Assembly (NCBI GenBank): GCA_016181045.1
Contig: JACPAB010000002.1
Span: 61,126-125,125, forward strand
Direction: 5' to 3'
From: Candidatus Yanofskybacteria bacterium
GTDB taxonomy: Bacteria; Patescibacteriota; Minisyncoccia; 2-02-FULL-40-12; GWA2-44-9
DNA length: 64,000 bases
The notes beneath the pieces are model-generated. The model saw only the letters and a list, made by a program, of their open reading frames with translations. It ran no database searches and was not told where the DNA came from. Positions within the stretch are counted from its first letter, which is position 1. Each line of letters begins with the position of its first letter. Shown here piece after piece: positions 44,837 to 54,493 of this stretch. A program made the position numbers and the translations under genes.

Positions 44837-46425
44837 TCCAACTCGGTTGGATTTTTTGTTCCCAAAATTATCGCGATTGGAATAAGAGCAAACAGCAACG
44901 CCCTCTCATCAAAGATCGCAACATCGGTGAGAGAGTATATCAAAACCCACGGTACGAATAGAAGTGTAGCGGCAAAGTAAATTCCAAGTTGCTTATCATT
45001 CTCTTTAACAAAAATGTCGTAATTCCTCTTGAACAAAAGCCACAGGAACCAGATAAATATTATTCCCGCCAAGATTCCCATTTCCGCCGCAATGTGTAGA
45101 TATAAGTTGTGTGCAGATGAGCCGGCCTTGGCCAACCGTATATCCTGTCCAAGCACGACCGGATAATTGCCTATGCCAACACCAAGAAACGGCCTCTGTT
45201 TGATTGATGACAGAGTTTTCTTCCATATCTCTATCCGCTGGGCGTTGGACGTTTCCCCGAAATCAAGTATTGAACGGAGGCGCGCTTTCAGGATGTCATC
45301 GCTTTTTCCTATCAGGAATTGCGGGGACGCGAGTATGGGAAAAGCAACTAAAAACATGATAAAAAATATAATCAAATATCCGCTCAACCTCTTTAATTGG
45401 GTAAATTTAGCATATGCTAAATTTACCCAATCTCTTTTTCTTATAAAGATAATCATTCCTGTGGCCAACAATACTACCCCGACACTTGCTGCCCAAATTC
45501 CTCTTGTGCCGCTTAAAATAATTATCAAAAACAATAGTGACAGGATCAACATTCTTGCCCATTTTTTCTGTACGACCATTAATACGGCCGGAATTCCCAG
45601 CAATACGAATTGTGGGAATGAGTGCGAATCGGGGAACAGAGAGAAGACCCTCAATGATAACTGTTCGCCATAATACGCGAACCAGGTATTTCCGAGTTCC
45701 ACGGCTATCGTGCACCACTCATAACCGAACTGGCGGCATTGTATCCCCTCTCCCCAAATCCTCATAAACTGGTAAATATCAATGAAGTAGGTTGAGATAA
45801 CTTGGATGTATCCGACTGCGGCAACGATAACAACGGGAATAATTGAATTTTTAATTAATTTTATTGCGAACTCCTTGTTGCCTGCCTTATCGTAAATGAC
45901 AACTCCTAATATGGCGAAGTTCAGGAAATAAATTATGCGCTTAATTGCCGCAATCTTATCTGGCGTGGGAATTATGGATAAAACAGCAAGGAACAAAAGA
46001 ACAATGAGAAAAAAGGATGGGCTTATGCTTGGCTTGAGTAAATTTTTGAATTTTGAAAATTGGGATTTGATTGAAAATTGTCCCGACCTTGTCGAGGATC
46101 CTCGATGGCTTTGCCATCGGGAAAAATTGAAAATTGAAAATTTAGCCGCGAACCATTTCAAAAATATTATGGCCGATGTTATTCTCCAGGTGTTGAAATT
46201 ATCGAAGTCGGTAGTAAAAGGCAGGGCCAGGAATAGGGGTATTGATCTTATGAACAAAACAACGGCATCCTCCAGGGGCGCCAGGAGAACATATGCCGCC
46301 AAGCCCGCGGCAAGATAAAGCGCTGCCTCCCTGGGTATGACCCCGGTAATTATTAAGGCAAACAAAAAAAGCTCGGCTACAAAGACGAGATCGAGGAAAA
46401 GAATTTTTGGGCGAAATTTTCCCAT
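44833..46425 (-). CDS. O-antigen ligase/polymerase (Wzy)-like polytopic membrane protein
   Basis: More than 10 TM helices. Sits within the glycosyltransferase cluster. Contains a 34-bp perfect palindrome in frame. Confidence 0.45.
   Translation of the reverse strand: MGKFRPKILFLDLVFVAELFLFALIITGVIPREAALYLAAGLAAYVLLAPLEDAVVLFIRSIPLFLALPFTTDFDNFNTWRITSAIIFLKWFAAKFSIFNFSRWQSHRGSSTRSGQFSIKSQFSKFKNLLKPSISPSFFLIVLLFLAVLSIIPTPDKIAAIKRIIYFLNFAILGVVIYDKAGNKEFAIKLIKNSIIPVVIVAAVGYIQVISTYFIDIYQFMRIWGEGIQCRQFGYEWCTIAVELGNTWFAYYGEQLSLRVFSLFPDSHSFPQFVLLGIPAVLMVVQKKWARMLILSLLFLIIILSGTRGIWAASVGVVLLATGMIIFIRKRDWVNLAYAKFTQLKRLSGYLIIFFIMFLVAFPILASPQFLIGKSDDILKARLRSILDFGETSNAQRIEIWKKTLSSIKQRPFLGVGIGNYPVVLGQDIRLAKAGSSAHNLYLHIAAEMGILAGIIFIWFLWLLFKRNYDIFVKENDKQLGIYFAATLLFVPWVLIYSLTDVAIFDERALLFALIPIAIILGTKNPTELD
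45397..45430. repeat. perfect 34-bp palindrome (TTGGGTAAATTTAGCAT|ATGCTAAATTTACCCAA) inside the Wzy-like CDS
   Basis: Verified by reverse complement. Encodes ...WVNLAYAKFTQ.. in frame. Confidence 0.6.
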
Positions 46426-47561
46426 GATAATTTAGGTGTCAATTCCTTGTACTCCCGCATCAGCTTCCCTCTTCTCAATTCGTCGGTAAGTCCCTGCCTG
46501 AATACATTGGCTATGTTTTCGGGATCTTTTTCGTCGGCTACGAAAAAAGCCGCGTTGCCGAACAGTTCGTGGTTGAGCTCTGAATCCTTCACGACTACCG
46601 GCACCCCGTGGGCGGCCGCTTCCACCGGAGGCAGGCCGAATGCTTCGGAGGATGATATATAAGCGAAGAGCTTCGCTCCATTATACAATTTTTCCAGGTC
46701 TTTATCATTATTTATATATTCAAAATGGAACACCCGCTCTTTTCCGAGTTTTTTGTTGATCTCCGCGACGAGCCCGGCGATGCGATGCGGGTTATATTTG
46801 TCTTTGCCGACCAGCACAAAATTCAAGGCCGGGAATTCCGGAGCTATCTTTTCGAAGGCTTTTATCGACTCCACAGCTCTTCTTCTTGGGAACATTTGGC
46901 CGACATAAAGTATGTAGTTGCCGTATTGCGAAGCGGACTCTGCGGTGGAGGGTTCTTTAACTCCCAGGTGGGCTACCGTTATTCTATCCGGTTTGATGCC
47001 GTATAATTTAGAAACCTGTTTTTTTGATGCCTCCGATATGGCCAGTATCTTTGCCGCTTTTTTTGCCGCCCAGTTCGTGAATAACCCATAAGCGAGCTTA
47101 TACCTGAACGGCAGAGTCCCGGTCTTGTATTCATGGAAAACGTCTTCGGTAAACATGACCGTCGCTTTGCGCAGATACAAAGGAGGCAGCATATATGCCG
47201 GGAAGAACATCATGTCTATCCCGTCGAAAGTTGCCCGGATGGGAAGCAGGATATGGTAGAAAATATTGAACGACCTTGTGCCGAGAACTTTTTTGACGAA
47301 TACTGGGTTTTTTAAAACTTCGTCATCGGGGACCCGCTCCTTAAAATATAAAAACAGTTGGAACCTTTTCTGCCATTCCGGATTTTTGGCGTATTCCTGA
47401 AGCAGGTTCAAAACCAAATGGCCCACGCCCCAGCGTGATTTCGGGTCCTCCAAGTTTTCGCACTCTATTCCAATTTTATACATGAAGTTTTCCGTAGTTG
47501 TTTTTATAAAAATCCATGACTCCGGCCAGTATCGCTTTCGATTGCTCTCTATTCCTTCCAA
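46377..47561 (-). CDS. glycosyltransferase family 4 (GT1 group)
   Basis: C-terminal GT4 motif region (EAFGLPPVEAAAHGVPVV). Confidence 0.65.
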   Translation of the reverse strand: MEGIESNRKRYWPESWIFIKTTTENFMYKIGIECENLEDPKSRWGVGHLVLNLLQEYAKNPEWQKRFQLFLYFKERVPDDEVLKNPVFVKKVLGTRSFNIFYHILLPIRATFDGIDMMFFPAYMLPPLYLRKATVMFTEDVFHEYKTGTLPFRYKLAYGLFTNWAAKKAAKILAISEASKKQVSKLYGIKPDRITVAHLGVKEPSTAESASQYGNYILYVGQMFPRRRAVESIKAFEKIAPEFPALNFVLVGKDKYNPHRIAGLVAEINKKLGKERVFHFEYINNDKDLEKLYNGAKLFAYISSSEAFGLPPVEAAAHGVPVVVKDSELNHELFGNAAFFVADEKDPENIANVFRQGLTDELRRGKLMREYKELTPKLSWENFAQKFFSSISSL

Positions 47562-48411
47562 CTGCCATCTTCAATATCTGCTTTGCCGCGACTATCCAGC
47601 TCCACGGCCAGACAAGTAATTTAATATACCAAGGGCCGTTCTTCCTGTTGAAATACAAAGCATTGCGGTAATGGTATCTCATCAGCATCGGTGAGCCGAG
47701 TTTTTTGGTGGAAGCGGAAACCGAATGTAAAACTTTTATTTCCGACATGAACTCTATTGGAATTCTCGCCTTTCTTGTTCTCATCGAAAAATCCGCATCC
47801 TCAAAATAAAGAAAGTACTTCTCATCCAAAAAACCTATCTTATCAAAAACATCCTTGTGTATCGCCACTGCTCCCCCAATCGCATAATAACGACCTTGAA
47901 GGTCGTTAGTCAACATGTTGTCCACAGGTTTTATAACGACCTTGAAGGTCGTTATGTGGATAAGTGTTGGTTTGAGCCACTCTATCTTTCCAGCGTAAAC
48001 GGTTCTGCTTGTCCCGAGATTGTTTTGTGATTTTTCGGGGTTGTCTTCGTCTACGGCCAGGCCCATGACACCTTCCTTGCCTTCTAAATTCGCCTTCAGG
48101 CGAGAAATAAAGTCGTTTTTTACCCAGGTATCGTTGTTCAGCAAAAGCATCCAGTCAGAGCCACTTGCGATGGCTTTTTTGATGCCGACATTATTGCCTC
48201 CGGAATAGCCGAGATTCCTGTCGTTCTCGATGAATACGATGTTGGTTTCCTCTGTCCGGTAATTCTTCAGTGCTGCTTTCTGGTCCGGACCGGAGTTATT
48301 GTCAATAACCAAGACATCGAAGTTCTTATCGGTCTGGTTTTTGAGGGATTCCAAAAGCTTTATCGTATTCTCCGAGCTGTTGTAGTTGACGGTGACGATG
48401 GTTAAATTCAC
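47476..48411 (-). CDS. glycosyltransferase family 2
   Basis: TVNYNSSEN...VIDNNS is a GT2 signature. Carries two copies of a 21-bp palindrome in frame. Confidence 0.65.
   Translation of the reverse strand: MNLTIVTVNYNSSENTIKLLESLKNQTDKNFDVLVIDNNSGPDQKAALKNYRTEETNIVFIENDRNLGYSGGNNVGIKKAIASGSDWMLLLNNDTWVKNDFISRLKANLEGKEGVMGLAVDEDNPEKSQNNLGTSRTVYAGKIEWLKPTLIHITTFKVVIKPVDNMLTNDLQGRYYAIGGAVAIHKDVFDKIGFLDEKYFLYFEDADFSMRTRKARIPIEFMSEIKVLHSVSASTKKLGSPMLMRYHYRNALYFNRKNGPWYIKLLVWPWSWIVAAKQILKMAVGRNREQSKAILAGVMDFYKNNYGKLHV
47888..47908. repeat. 21-bp perfect palindrome TAACGACCTT-G-AAGGTCGTTA (copy 1) inside the GT2 CDS
   Basis: Read in a different frame from copy 2 (it encodes NDLQGRY). Confidence 0.6.
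47934..47954. repeat. 21-bp perfect palindrome TAACGACCTTGAAGGTCGTTA (copy 2) inside the GT2 CDS
   Basis: Encodes ITTFKVV. Identical to copy 1, which sits 46 nt away. Confidence 0.6.
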
Positions 48412-48541
48412 CCTGAAATTCTACTAAAAATCGGTGTTTTTCGCAATTTGCTTGATTTATTCAAGGTTTATGTTATAATTGTAGATACAGCCCTTTTACT
48501 ATCAGGTAGCTACCGCATACCGCGGAGGCTAAGGAGGAAAC

Positions 48542-50362
48542 GTGTCAACCAGAAAAGCGTTTTTTGAGCAGGCGTGGGCCATCTTCGGCCCTCTGAAGTG
48601 GCGCATGGCGCTGGTCCTGGCAATCATCGCATTGGGCCAGGCGTTGTCGTTGGTGAGTCCCTACATTCAGGGCACCGTCATCGACAACGTCAGCCAGGGA
48701 AAGGCGATGAGCCAGACCTACTGGCTGATCGCATTGGCCGGAGGCGTGATGCTTCTCGGCCATGTGCTCTCGTACAGCCGCGAGCTTTACGAGATCAACA
48801 AGGTCGATTATGACATCGACGAAGCCGCGAGCGACCAGACCATGCACCGGATGACGTCGCTTTCGGTCGGCCAGCACAACACGCTCCATTCGGGCCTGAA
48901 GCAGAGCATCATCAACCGGGGCCAGCACTCGCTCACCTCTCTGGTGAACATGCTGATCTACGAGATCGTGCCAACTGCATCGCGGGCCGTTATCATGACG
49001 GTTGCGATGTGCTGGCTCAGCATGGCGATGGGATTCATAGTCCTGGTTGCCATGGCGCTGTTCGTTTCACTGACGCTCTGGATGAACCACATTTTCGGGA
49101 GTGACCTGAAGAAGCTCGAGAAGATGTGGAATCAGGAGTCAAGGTTCCGAAGCGAGATCATCCAGCACATCAGCCATGTCCTTGTGAACGCGCAGGAAAA
49201 AAAGGCGCGGGCGGAAGCCGATGCGAAGTACGGAGAGACCGTTGCCTTCGCGAGGCCCATGTGGCGCCGGTTCCTCGTTCTCGCTTATCTGAGATCGACG
49301 ATAGTCATCGTGGCAAGAGTGGCGGTCATGGCTATCGGTGCCCACTATGTCTACAGCGGGCGGTACACTGTCGGCAGCATCGTGGTGTTCTGGGCTTGGT
49401 CCGGCAACGCGTTGGACGGGCTGTGGAATATCGGGACCCTCCAACGGCAGATCATTAAGATGTGGACTTCGATCAGAAGGTACTGCGAATTCCTGACCAT
49501 GGAGACCGACGTCAGGGTCGTTTCCAACCCGGTCGTACTCGATCCGGTTCGGGGACACATCGAAGCGCGCAATCTCTCATTTGCTTACGAGAACCGCATG
49601 CTCATCTCCCGCGACGAAGACGACACGGATGGAGATGATGAAGAAGAGAAAAAGGAAAAGCAGGCGGCGCTTCAGGATGTTTCGTTCGTCATTGAGCCCG
49701 GAGAAACGGTTGCTATTGTTGGAGAATCAGGTTCCGGCAAGACAACCCTGGCCAGTTTGCTGGTGCGTGCCAGCGACCCGACATCCGGACAGATTCTCAT
49801 CGACGGCCAGGACCTTCGGGTTCTGGACCTCCACGCTTTCCGTTCAAAAGTCGGCGTGGTGGAACAACACGTGCCTTTGTTCGATCAAAGCATCCGTTAC
49901 AACATCCTCTATGGCCTGAACGGTCAGGCCATAGATGTGACCGAGGAAGATCTGGAGCGGATTGCCAAGGTGTCGCAGATCAGCCGGTTCTCGCATAAGC
50001 TCGAGAAGGGGTTCGATACCCTTATCGGCGAACGCGGACTAAAGCTGTCCGGCGGAGAACGCCAGCGCGTCGGCATTGCCCGGGCGCTCATCAAGGACCC
50101 GGCAATTCTCATCTTTGACGAGGCGACAAGTTCACTGGATGTCAAAGTCGAAGCAGAAATCCGCGAAGCCATAAACGAGGCCTCGAAGGGTCGAACGACC
50201 ATCATCATTGCGCATCGATATTCCACCATCCGATACGCAAATCGCATCATTGTCATGGACGACGGACGAATTGTAGGCCAGGGAAAACACGAAGATCTCT
50301 ACAAGTCGTGCGAACCTTATCGCAGTTACGTCGTTCTCCAAAGAGGCGAGATGTTCAACTAA
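48542..50362 (+). CDS. ABC exporter (fused permease + ATPase, MsbA-like), GC-rich foreign gene
   Basis: Six TM helices, Walker A GESGSGKTT, LSGGERQRV, Walker B ILIFDEATS. About 60% GC against a ~40% background. Canonical AAGGAGG Shine-Dalgarno before the GTG start. Confidence 0.8.
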   Translation: MSTRKAFFEQAWAIFGPLKWRMALVLAIIALGQALSLVSPYIQGTVIDNVSQGKAMSQTYWLIALAGGVMLLGHVLSYSRELYEINKVDYDIDEAASDQTMHRMTSLSVGQHNTLHSGLKQSIINRGQHSLTSLVNMLIYEIVPTASRAVIMTVAMCWLSMAMGFIVLVAMALFVSLTLWMNHIFGSDLKKLEKMWNQESRFRSEIIQHISHVLVNAQEKKARAEADAKYGETVAFARPMWRRFLVLAYLRSTIVIVARVAVMAIGAHYVYSGRYTVGSIVVFWAWSGNALDGLWNIGTLQRQIIKMWTSIRRYCEFLTMETDVRVVSNPVVLDPVRGHIEARNLSFAYENRMLISRDEDDTDGDDEEEKKEKQAALQDVSFVIEPGETVAIVGESGSGKTTLASLLVRASDPTSGQILIDGQDLRVLDLHAFRSKVGVVEQHVPLFDQSIRYNILYGLNGQAIDVTEEDLERIAKVSQISRFSHKLEKGFDTLIGERGLKLSGGERQRVGIARALIKDPAILIFDEATSSLDVKVEAEIREAINEASKGRTTIIIAHRYSTIRYANRIIVMDDGRIVGQGKHEDLYKSCEPYRSYVVLQRGEMFN

Positions 50363-50412
50363 ATCGGTCGCAAGTTTAAAGAAATTCAAGAGAGCCTGAC
50401 CAGCTCTCTTTT

Positions 50413-51483
50413 TTATTTAAAAAGTTCGAGGATCTCTCTTTTGAATCTTTCCGTGGAAAATTTCATGGCTTGGTATCGTATTTCCATTTGGTCGTATGAC
50501 CCGTAATTCTCGTTCAGCCGCCGGATGCCGTCGGCCAGCGCCTCCGGTATCGGGTCGTCGAAGAACTCGCCGTGCAGTCCTTCGGTTATGGTTTCCAGCG
50601 CTCCCCCTTTTCTTAAGGCTAGTACCGGCTTGCCGAAGCTCATCGCCTCCAGCGGCGTCAGGCCGAAGTCCTCTTCCTGGGGCATGATGAATGCTTTGCA
50701 ATTCCGGTAATATTCTGCCACCTCTTTGTCGCTCTTATATCCGACCAGTTTGATGTTCTTGCCGGCCATATTTTTTAGACGTCCCATATCCGGCCCGTCG
50801 CCGACAACCACGAGCTCGTATACCAGCTTATTGAATGCTTCTATTGCGATATCGATGTTTTTATACGGATGCAGCCGGGAAACTATCAAATAATATCCTA
50901 AATTATCCACAGATTTATCATTAACGACCTTCAAGGTCGTTATGGATACTGGCGGGTAGATTATCTTGGCGTCGCGGCGGTAGTATTTTTGTATTCTGTC
51001 ACGGACATTTTCCGAGATAGCGACAAAAGTATCCACCCTTTCGGAGGCCTGCCTGTCCCAGATGCGCAGGAGATGTTGGGCCAATTTTGCCGGCCAGGAG
51101 CTGTGCTCGTATTCGGTATGTCTGTCCCAGAGGAATCTCGTCGGGCTGTAGCAGTAACAGATATGTCTGGTCTTGGGTTTCAGAATAAGCCCTTTAGAAA
51201 ATATGACCGACGATGAAATAACGACATCATAATCGGACATATCGAATGACTCGATGGCGCTTGGCATCAGGGGTAGCAAAAAAGGATATGTTTTCGTGAC
51301 GAATGGGAACTTTTGTAGGCCGCTCGGAATAATTTTTGCGTCCGGCAGGTGTTCTTTGACGAATTTTTTGTTGTAAAAAAGAGCGTATATCGACGCGTCG
51401 GGGAATATCTTATGGAGTTCTATTAAAACACGTTCGGCTCCGCCGAGATTATTAAGCCAGTCATGAACGAGAGCAACGCGCAT
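50413..51483 (-). CDS. glycosyltransferase family 4
   Basis: GT4 C-terminal domain motifs (the EFFDDP...region). Carries one copy of the 21-bp palindrome. Confidence 0.7.
   Translation of the reverse strand: MRVALVHDWLNNLGGAERVLIELHKIFPDASIYALFYNKKFVKEHLPDAKIIPSGLQKFPFVTKTYPFLLPLMPSAIESFDMSDYDVVISSSVIFSKGLILKPKTRHICYCYSPTRFLWDRHTEYEHSSWPAKLAQHLLRIWDRQASERVDTFVAISENVRDRIQKYYRRDAKIIYPPVSITTLKVVNDKSVDNLGYYLIVSRLHPYKNIDIAIEAFNKLVYELVVVGDGPDMGRLKNMAGKNIKLVGYKSDKEVAEYYRNCKAFIMPQEEDFGLTPLEAMSFGKPVLALRKGGALETITEGLHGEFFDDPIPEALADGIRRLNENYGSYDQMEIRYQAMKFSTERFKREILELFK
50922..50942. repeat. 21-bp palindrome TAACGACCTT-C-AAGGTCGTTA (copy 3) inside the GT4 CDS
   Basis: Same element as 47888 and 47934 with only the central base flipped. 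Encodes ITTLKVV. Confidence 0.6.
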
Positions 51484-51484
51484 A

Positions 51485-52486
51485 TTATCTTTTTGCCAAT
51501 ACGTTCCGTTTGTAAGTGTCCAAATTTTCTAAAACTATTCCTGTGCCGCGGGCGACGCAGAAGAGCGGGTCGTCAGCTATCTGGGCCGGAACGCCGGTCA
51601 CTTTTGTAATAAGTTTATCGATATTCTTAAGCAATGCGCCCCCGCCGGAGATGTGAATTCCTTTGTCCATAATGTCCGAACACAATTCCGGCGGCGTCCT
51701 CTCAAGGACGCTTTTGATTATCTGAACCACCTCTCTTAAATGTTCCGTAATGGCCTCGGTCACTTCGTTCGAAGTTATCTCGATGGTTTTCGGGAACCCG
51801 GTAGCCAGATCGCGTCCGCGGATGTTTATTTTTTCTTCGCTGGCTTCTTTCATGGCTGTGCCGATGGATATTTTTATCAATTCAGCCGTTCTTTCGCCTA
51901 TTGCCAGGCCATGCTTCTTTTTGATGTATTCGACGATGGCCAGGTCGAGCTTGTTGCCTCCGATACGCACCGACTCCCAACTCACGATACCGCCCAAAGA
52001 TATGACGGCAATTTCGGTCGTGCCTCCGCCGATGTTCAATATCATGTTTCCCGAAGGGCTGTTTATGGGTATCTTGGCTCCGATGGCGGCAAGCACCGGC
52101 TCTTTGACCAGATAAACGGCTTTAGCGCCGGCATTCAATGCGGCTTCGATGACGGCCCTTCTTTCGGTCGAGGTAACTCCGGCCGGCACGGAAATAAGAA
52201 CCTCCGGTTTGACAAGACCAAAAAATCCACCCGCCTTTTTAATAAAATACTTAAGCATCGCTCCGGTGACGCGGTAGTCGGCAATGGCGCCATCCACCAT
52301 CGGGCGCGAGACGATAATGCTGTCCGGCGTCCGGCCTATCATTTCTTTGGCCAGGTTGCCTACGGAAAGTATCTTATTGTCGAGAATAGAAATCGCAACC
52401 ACCGACGGCTCGTTGAGGATGATCCCTTTTTTTGGAAGGAATACTACTGTGTTGGTTGTTCCTAAATCAATTCCGATCTTTTTCAC
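51485..52486 (-). CDS. mreB: rod shape-determining protein MreB (actin-like)
   Basis: [13 protein letters not shown]...NEPSVVA and the actin-fold phosphate motifs. Confidence 0.8.
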   Translation of the reverse strand: MKKIGIDLGTTNTVVFLPKKGIILNEPSVVAISILDNKILSVGNLAKEMIGRTPDSIIVSRPMVDGAIADYRVTGAMLKYFIKKAGGFFGLVKPEVLISVPAGVTSTERRAVIEAALNAGAKAVYLVKEPVLAAIGAKIPINSPSGNMILNIGGGTTEIAVISLGGIVSWESVRIGGNKLDLAIVEYIKKKHGLAIGERTAELIKISIGTAMKEASEEKINIRGRDLATGFPKTIEITSNEVTEAITEHLREVVQIIKSVLERTPPELCSDIMDKGIHISGGGALLKNIDKLITKVTGVPAQIADDPLFCVARGTGIVLENLDTYKRNVLAKR

Positions 52487-52510
52487 GATGCTTTAATTTA
52501 ATCCTATTTT

Positions 52511-53404
52511 TTGTTAAAATCAATCCTAATGACCAAGAAGACAAAGAGGGCCCTATTCTATGCCGCGGTGGTTATTTTTTTATTCGCGAGCTACATTCTC
52601 GTCCTCTACGCCCAGGGCTATAAATACAGCTTCGAAGCCGTCCGGTTTTATCGCACCGGTTCCGTTTATGTTAAAGCCAATGCCGGAGCAAAAGTGTATC
52701 TGGACGACAAACTAACGGGCACCACCTCTTTTCTCGGAAACTCCAAGACCATCAACGGCCTTCTGCCGGGTGAATATTCCGTCCGCCTGGCTCGGGATGA
52801 CCAGTATTCTTCGTGGGAAAAGAGGTTCGTTATCGAGGAGGGTTTTGTAAATGAATTTTCTAAAATAATCCTGTTCCCTGTCGCGGGAGAGGGAAAAGAG
52901 ACCTTTGAACTGGAGCTGGAAGAAATTCTTTATCCTTCGGTGCCGACCCCTTCTCCCTCGCCCACTGTCTCGGGATCTCCGGCTCCAACGCCTTCGACAA
53001 AACCGACTCCGAAGAGAACTCTCACGCCTTCGCCTTCTCCCTCGACGGACTCGGGACCTACGGCTGAACCGTATTACCTTAAAAACAATATTTTGTATAA
53101 GAATAACGGCCCGGAGAATGCTCCGACCCAATTAGTTGTGAATGTGAAGAGTTTTTCTTTATCGCAAGACAACAACAAACTCGCCTACTGGAGCGGAAGA
53201 GAGTTGTGGGTCGTGTGGTTCAACGACACTAATTATCAGCCGTTAAGAAAAGCCGGAGATAAAGAACGTATCATTCGCATCTCAAGGCCGGTCATTAAAG
53301 CCGCCTGGTATAAAGATACCGACTGGCTTGTCGTAGATGACGGTAAAAATTATAAAGTCCTCGAAACCGACACCCGCGGCGGGGTGAATATCGTGGAGTT
53401 TTAA
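52511..53404 (+). CDS. hypothetical membrane-anchored protein with Pro/Thr/Ser-rich linker
   Basis: N-terminal TM segment and a PTPSPSPTVSGSPAPTPSTKPTPK low-complexity linker. Confidence 0.4.
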   Translation: MLKSILMTKKTKRALFYAAVVIFLFASYILVLYAQGYKYSFEAVRFYRTGSVYVKANAGAKVYLDDKLTGTTSFLGNSKTINGLLPGEYSVRLARDDQYSSWEKRFVIEEGFVNEFSKIILFPVAGEGKETFELELEEILYPSVPTPSPSPTVSGSPAPTPSTKPTPKRTLTPSPSPSTDSGPTAEPYYLKNNILYKNNGPENAPTQLVVNVKSFSLSQDNNKLAYWSGRELWVVWFNDTNYQPLRKAGDKERIIRISRPVIKAAWYKDTDWLVVDDGKNYKVLETDTRGGVNIVEF

Positions 53405-53423
53405 AACCGACTATTCGTCGGTT

Positions 53424-53780
53424 TTATTGCGGAGTGCCGAATACTTGGCCGTCTATTTCTTCAACCATTAGCAGGAGGCCGGGATGGTTTTCTCTCATGA
53501 ATGTCAGGAGTTCTTTCAACAGCCGGTCTTCATCAATCATGAGCCGGACTCCCAGGAATCCGGTGTCCAGCGCGCCGTGTTGACGAAGCTTCGACAGCAC
53601 CTCCGGTACTGTCGGGCAATCTCCGTTCCAGACAATACCAGTCGGAGTTTGTTCGGAGGCATTTATGACCTCAAATGTTGCCGCGGCAATCTCTGTGTCG
53701 CCCTTTTCAAAGAAGAACATGACGCCGTTGATGAGCCCGCCTACTTCGTTATACGCATAGAGCATAACACCCCCTCGCAT
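53424..53780 (-). CDS. hypothetical protein
   Basis: 118-aa ORF with no recognisable motif. Confidence 0.3.
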   Translation of the reverse strand: MRGGVMLYAYNEVGGLINGVMFFFEKGDTEIAAATFEVINASEQTPTGIVWNGDCPTVPEVLSKLRQHGALDTGFLGVRLMIDEDRLLKELLTFMRENHPGLLLMVEEIDGQVFGTPQ

Positions 53781-53804
53781 ACACAGAACTGATTACATTT
53801 AACA

Positions 53805-54146
53805 TTATTTAAGTTCAAGAGCAACTATACCGTGTTTCCGGATTTTTTCTTTGTAATTTGGATAGGTATATAATTCTTCCCGCCATTCTTTTTCCGAGTT
53901 TAATTCCGGCATGATTTTCTTTAGGGAATGCACCTTGAGTAAAGCCCCCGTCGTTTTAAATGTCCTTGCTTTTTTAACTTTTTTTGAAAACCTATCTTTT
54001 CCGCAAACCAAAACAACAACGTCTCCGGCTTTTATGTCTCGGTATCTTTCGGATGCGGCTCGTGTCTCAACGGTTTTCTTTCCGGACTTGATATCGAGAA
54101 AAATATCCCGATTTATCGCCCTGAATTTGAGAGTGTATTTGTCCAT
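53805..54146 (-). CDS. ASCH-domain (PUA-like) protein
   Basis: GKKTVETR...GDVVVL is typical of ASCH. The track ORF extends to a TTG at 54185; the ATG at 54146 is placed 9 nt after the conserved leader element. Confidence 0.45.
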   Translation of the reverse strand: MDKYTLKFRAINRDIFLDIKSGKKTVETRAASERYRDIKAGDVVVLVCGKDRFSKKVKKARTFKTTGALLKVHSLKKIMPELNSEKEWREELYTYPNYKEKIRKHGIVALELK

Positions 54147-54154
54147 TTGTTCCT

Positions 54155-54186
54155 GAATAATCCCACTTCCCTGCTCAAAAATCAAC
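54155..54186 (-). promoter_or_regulatory. 32-nt conserved promoter/leader element, copy 1 (TTGATTTTTGAGCAGGGAAGTGGGATTATTC on the minus strand)
   Basis: A near-identical copy sits at 55182-55213 before another minus-strand gene. Contains TTGATT-N17-GATTAT. Confidence 0.45.
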
Positions 54187-54220
54187 TTGACTCAAGTAAC
54201 CAATTTTTTATACTTGAAAT

Positions 54221-54493
54221 ATGGAGAAGAAAATGACCATAGATAAGCTCGCGCGAATGACTCAAAATCAATTCGATGAAATTGATAAGCGGTTTGACGC
54301 CGTTGATGTTAGGTTTGATAAAGTGGATGACCGTTTGGATAAGATGCACACTACCCTAAAGACCGTTCTCGATGTTGTCTTAGAAATACCTTCAAAAAAG
54401 GCCTTTGAACGTCTGGAAACTAAGGTGGAAAGCATAGACGCTCGTCTCACTTCGGTAGAAAGAAAAGCCAAAATAAAAAAGCCTCCTGGTTAA
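54221..54493 (+). CDS. hypothetical coiled-coil protein (90 aa)
   Basis: Repetitive RFD.VD.R.DK heptads. Confidence 0.35.
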   Translation: MEKKMTIDKLARMTQNQFDEIDKRFDAVDVRFDKVDDRLDKMHTTLKTVLDVVLEIPSKKAFERLETKVESIDARLTSVERKAKIKKPPG

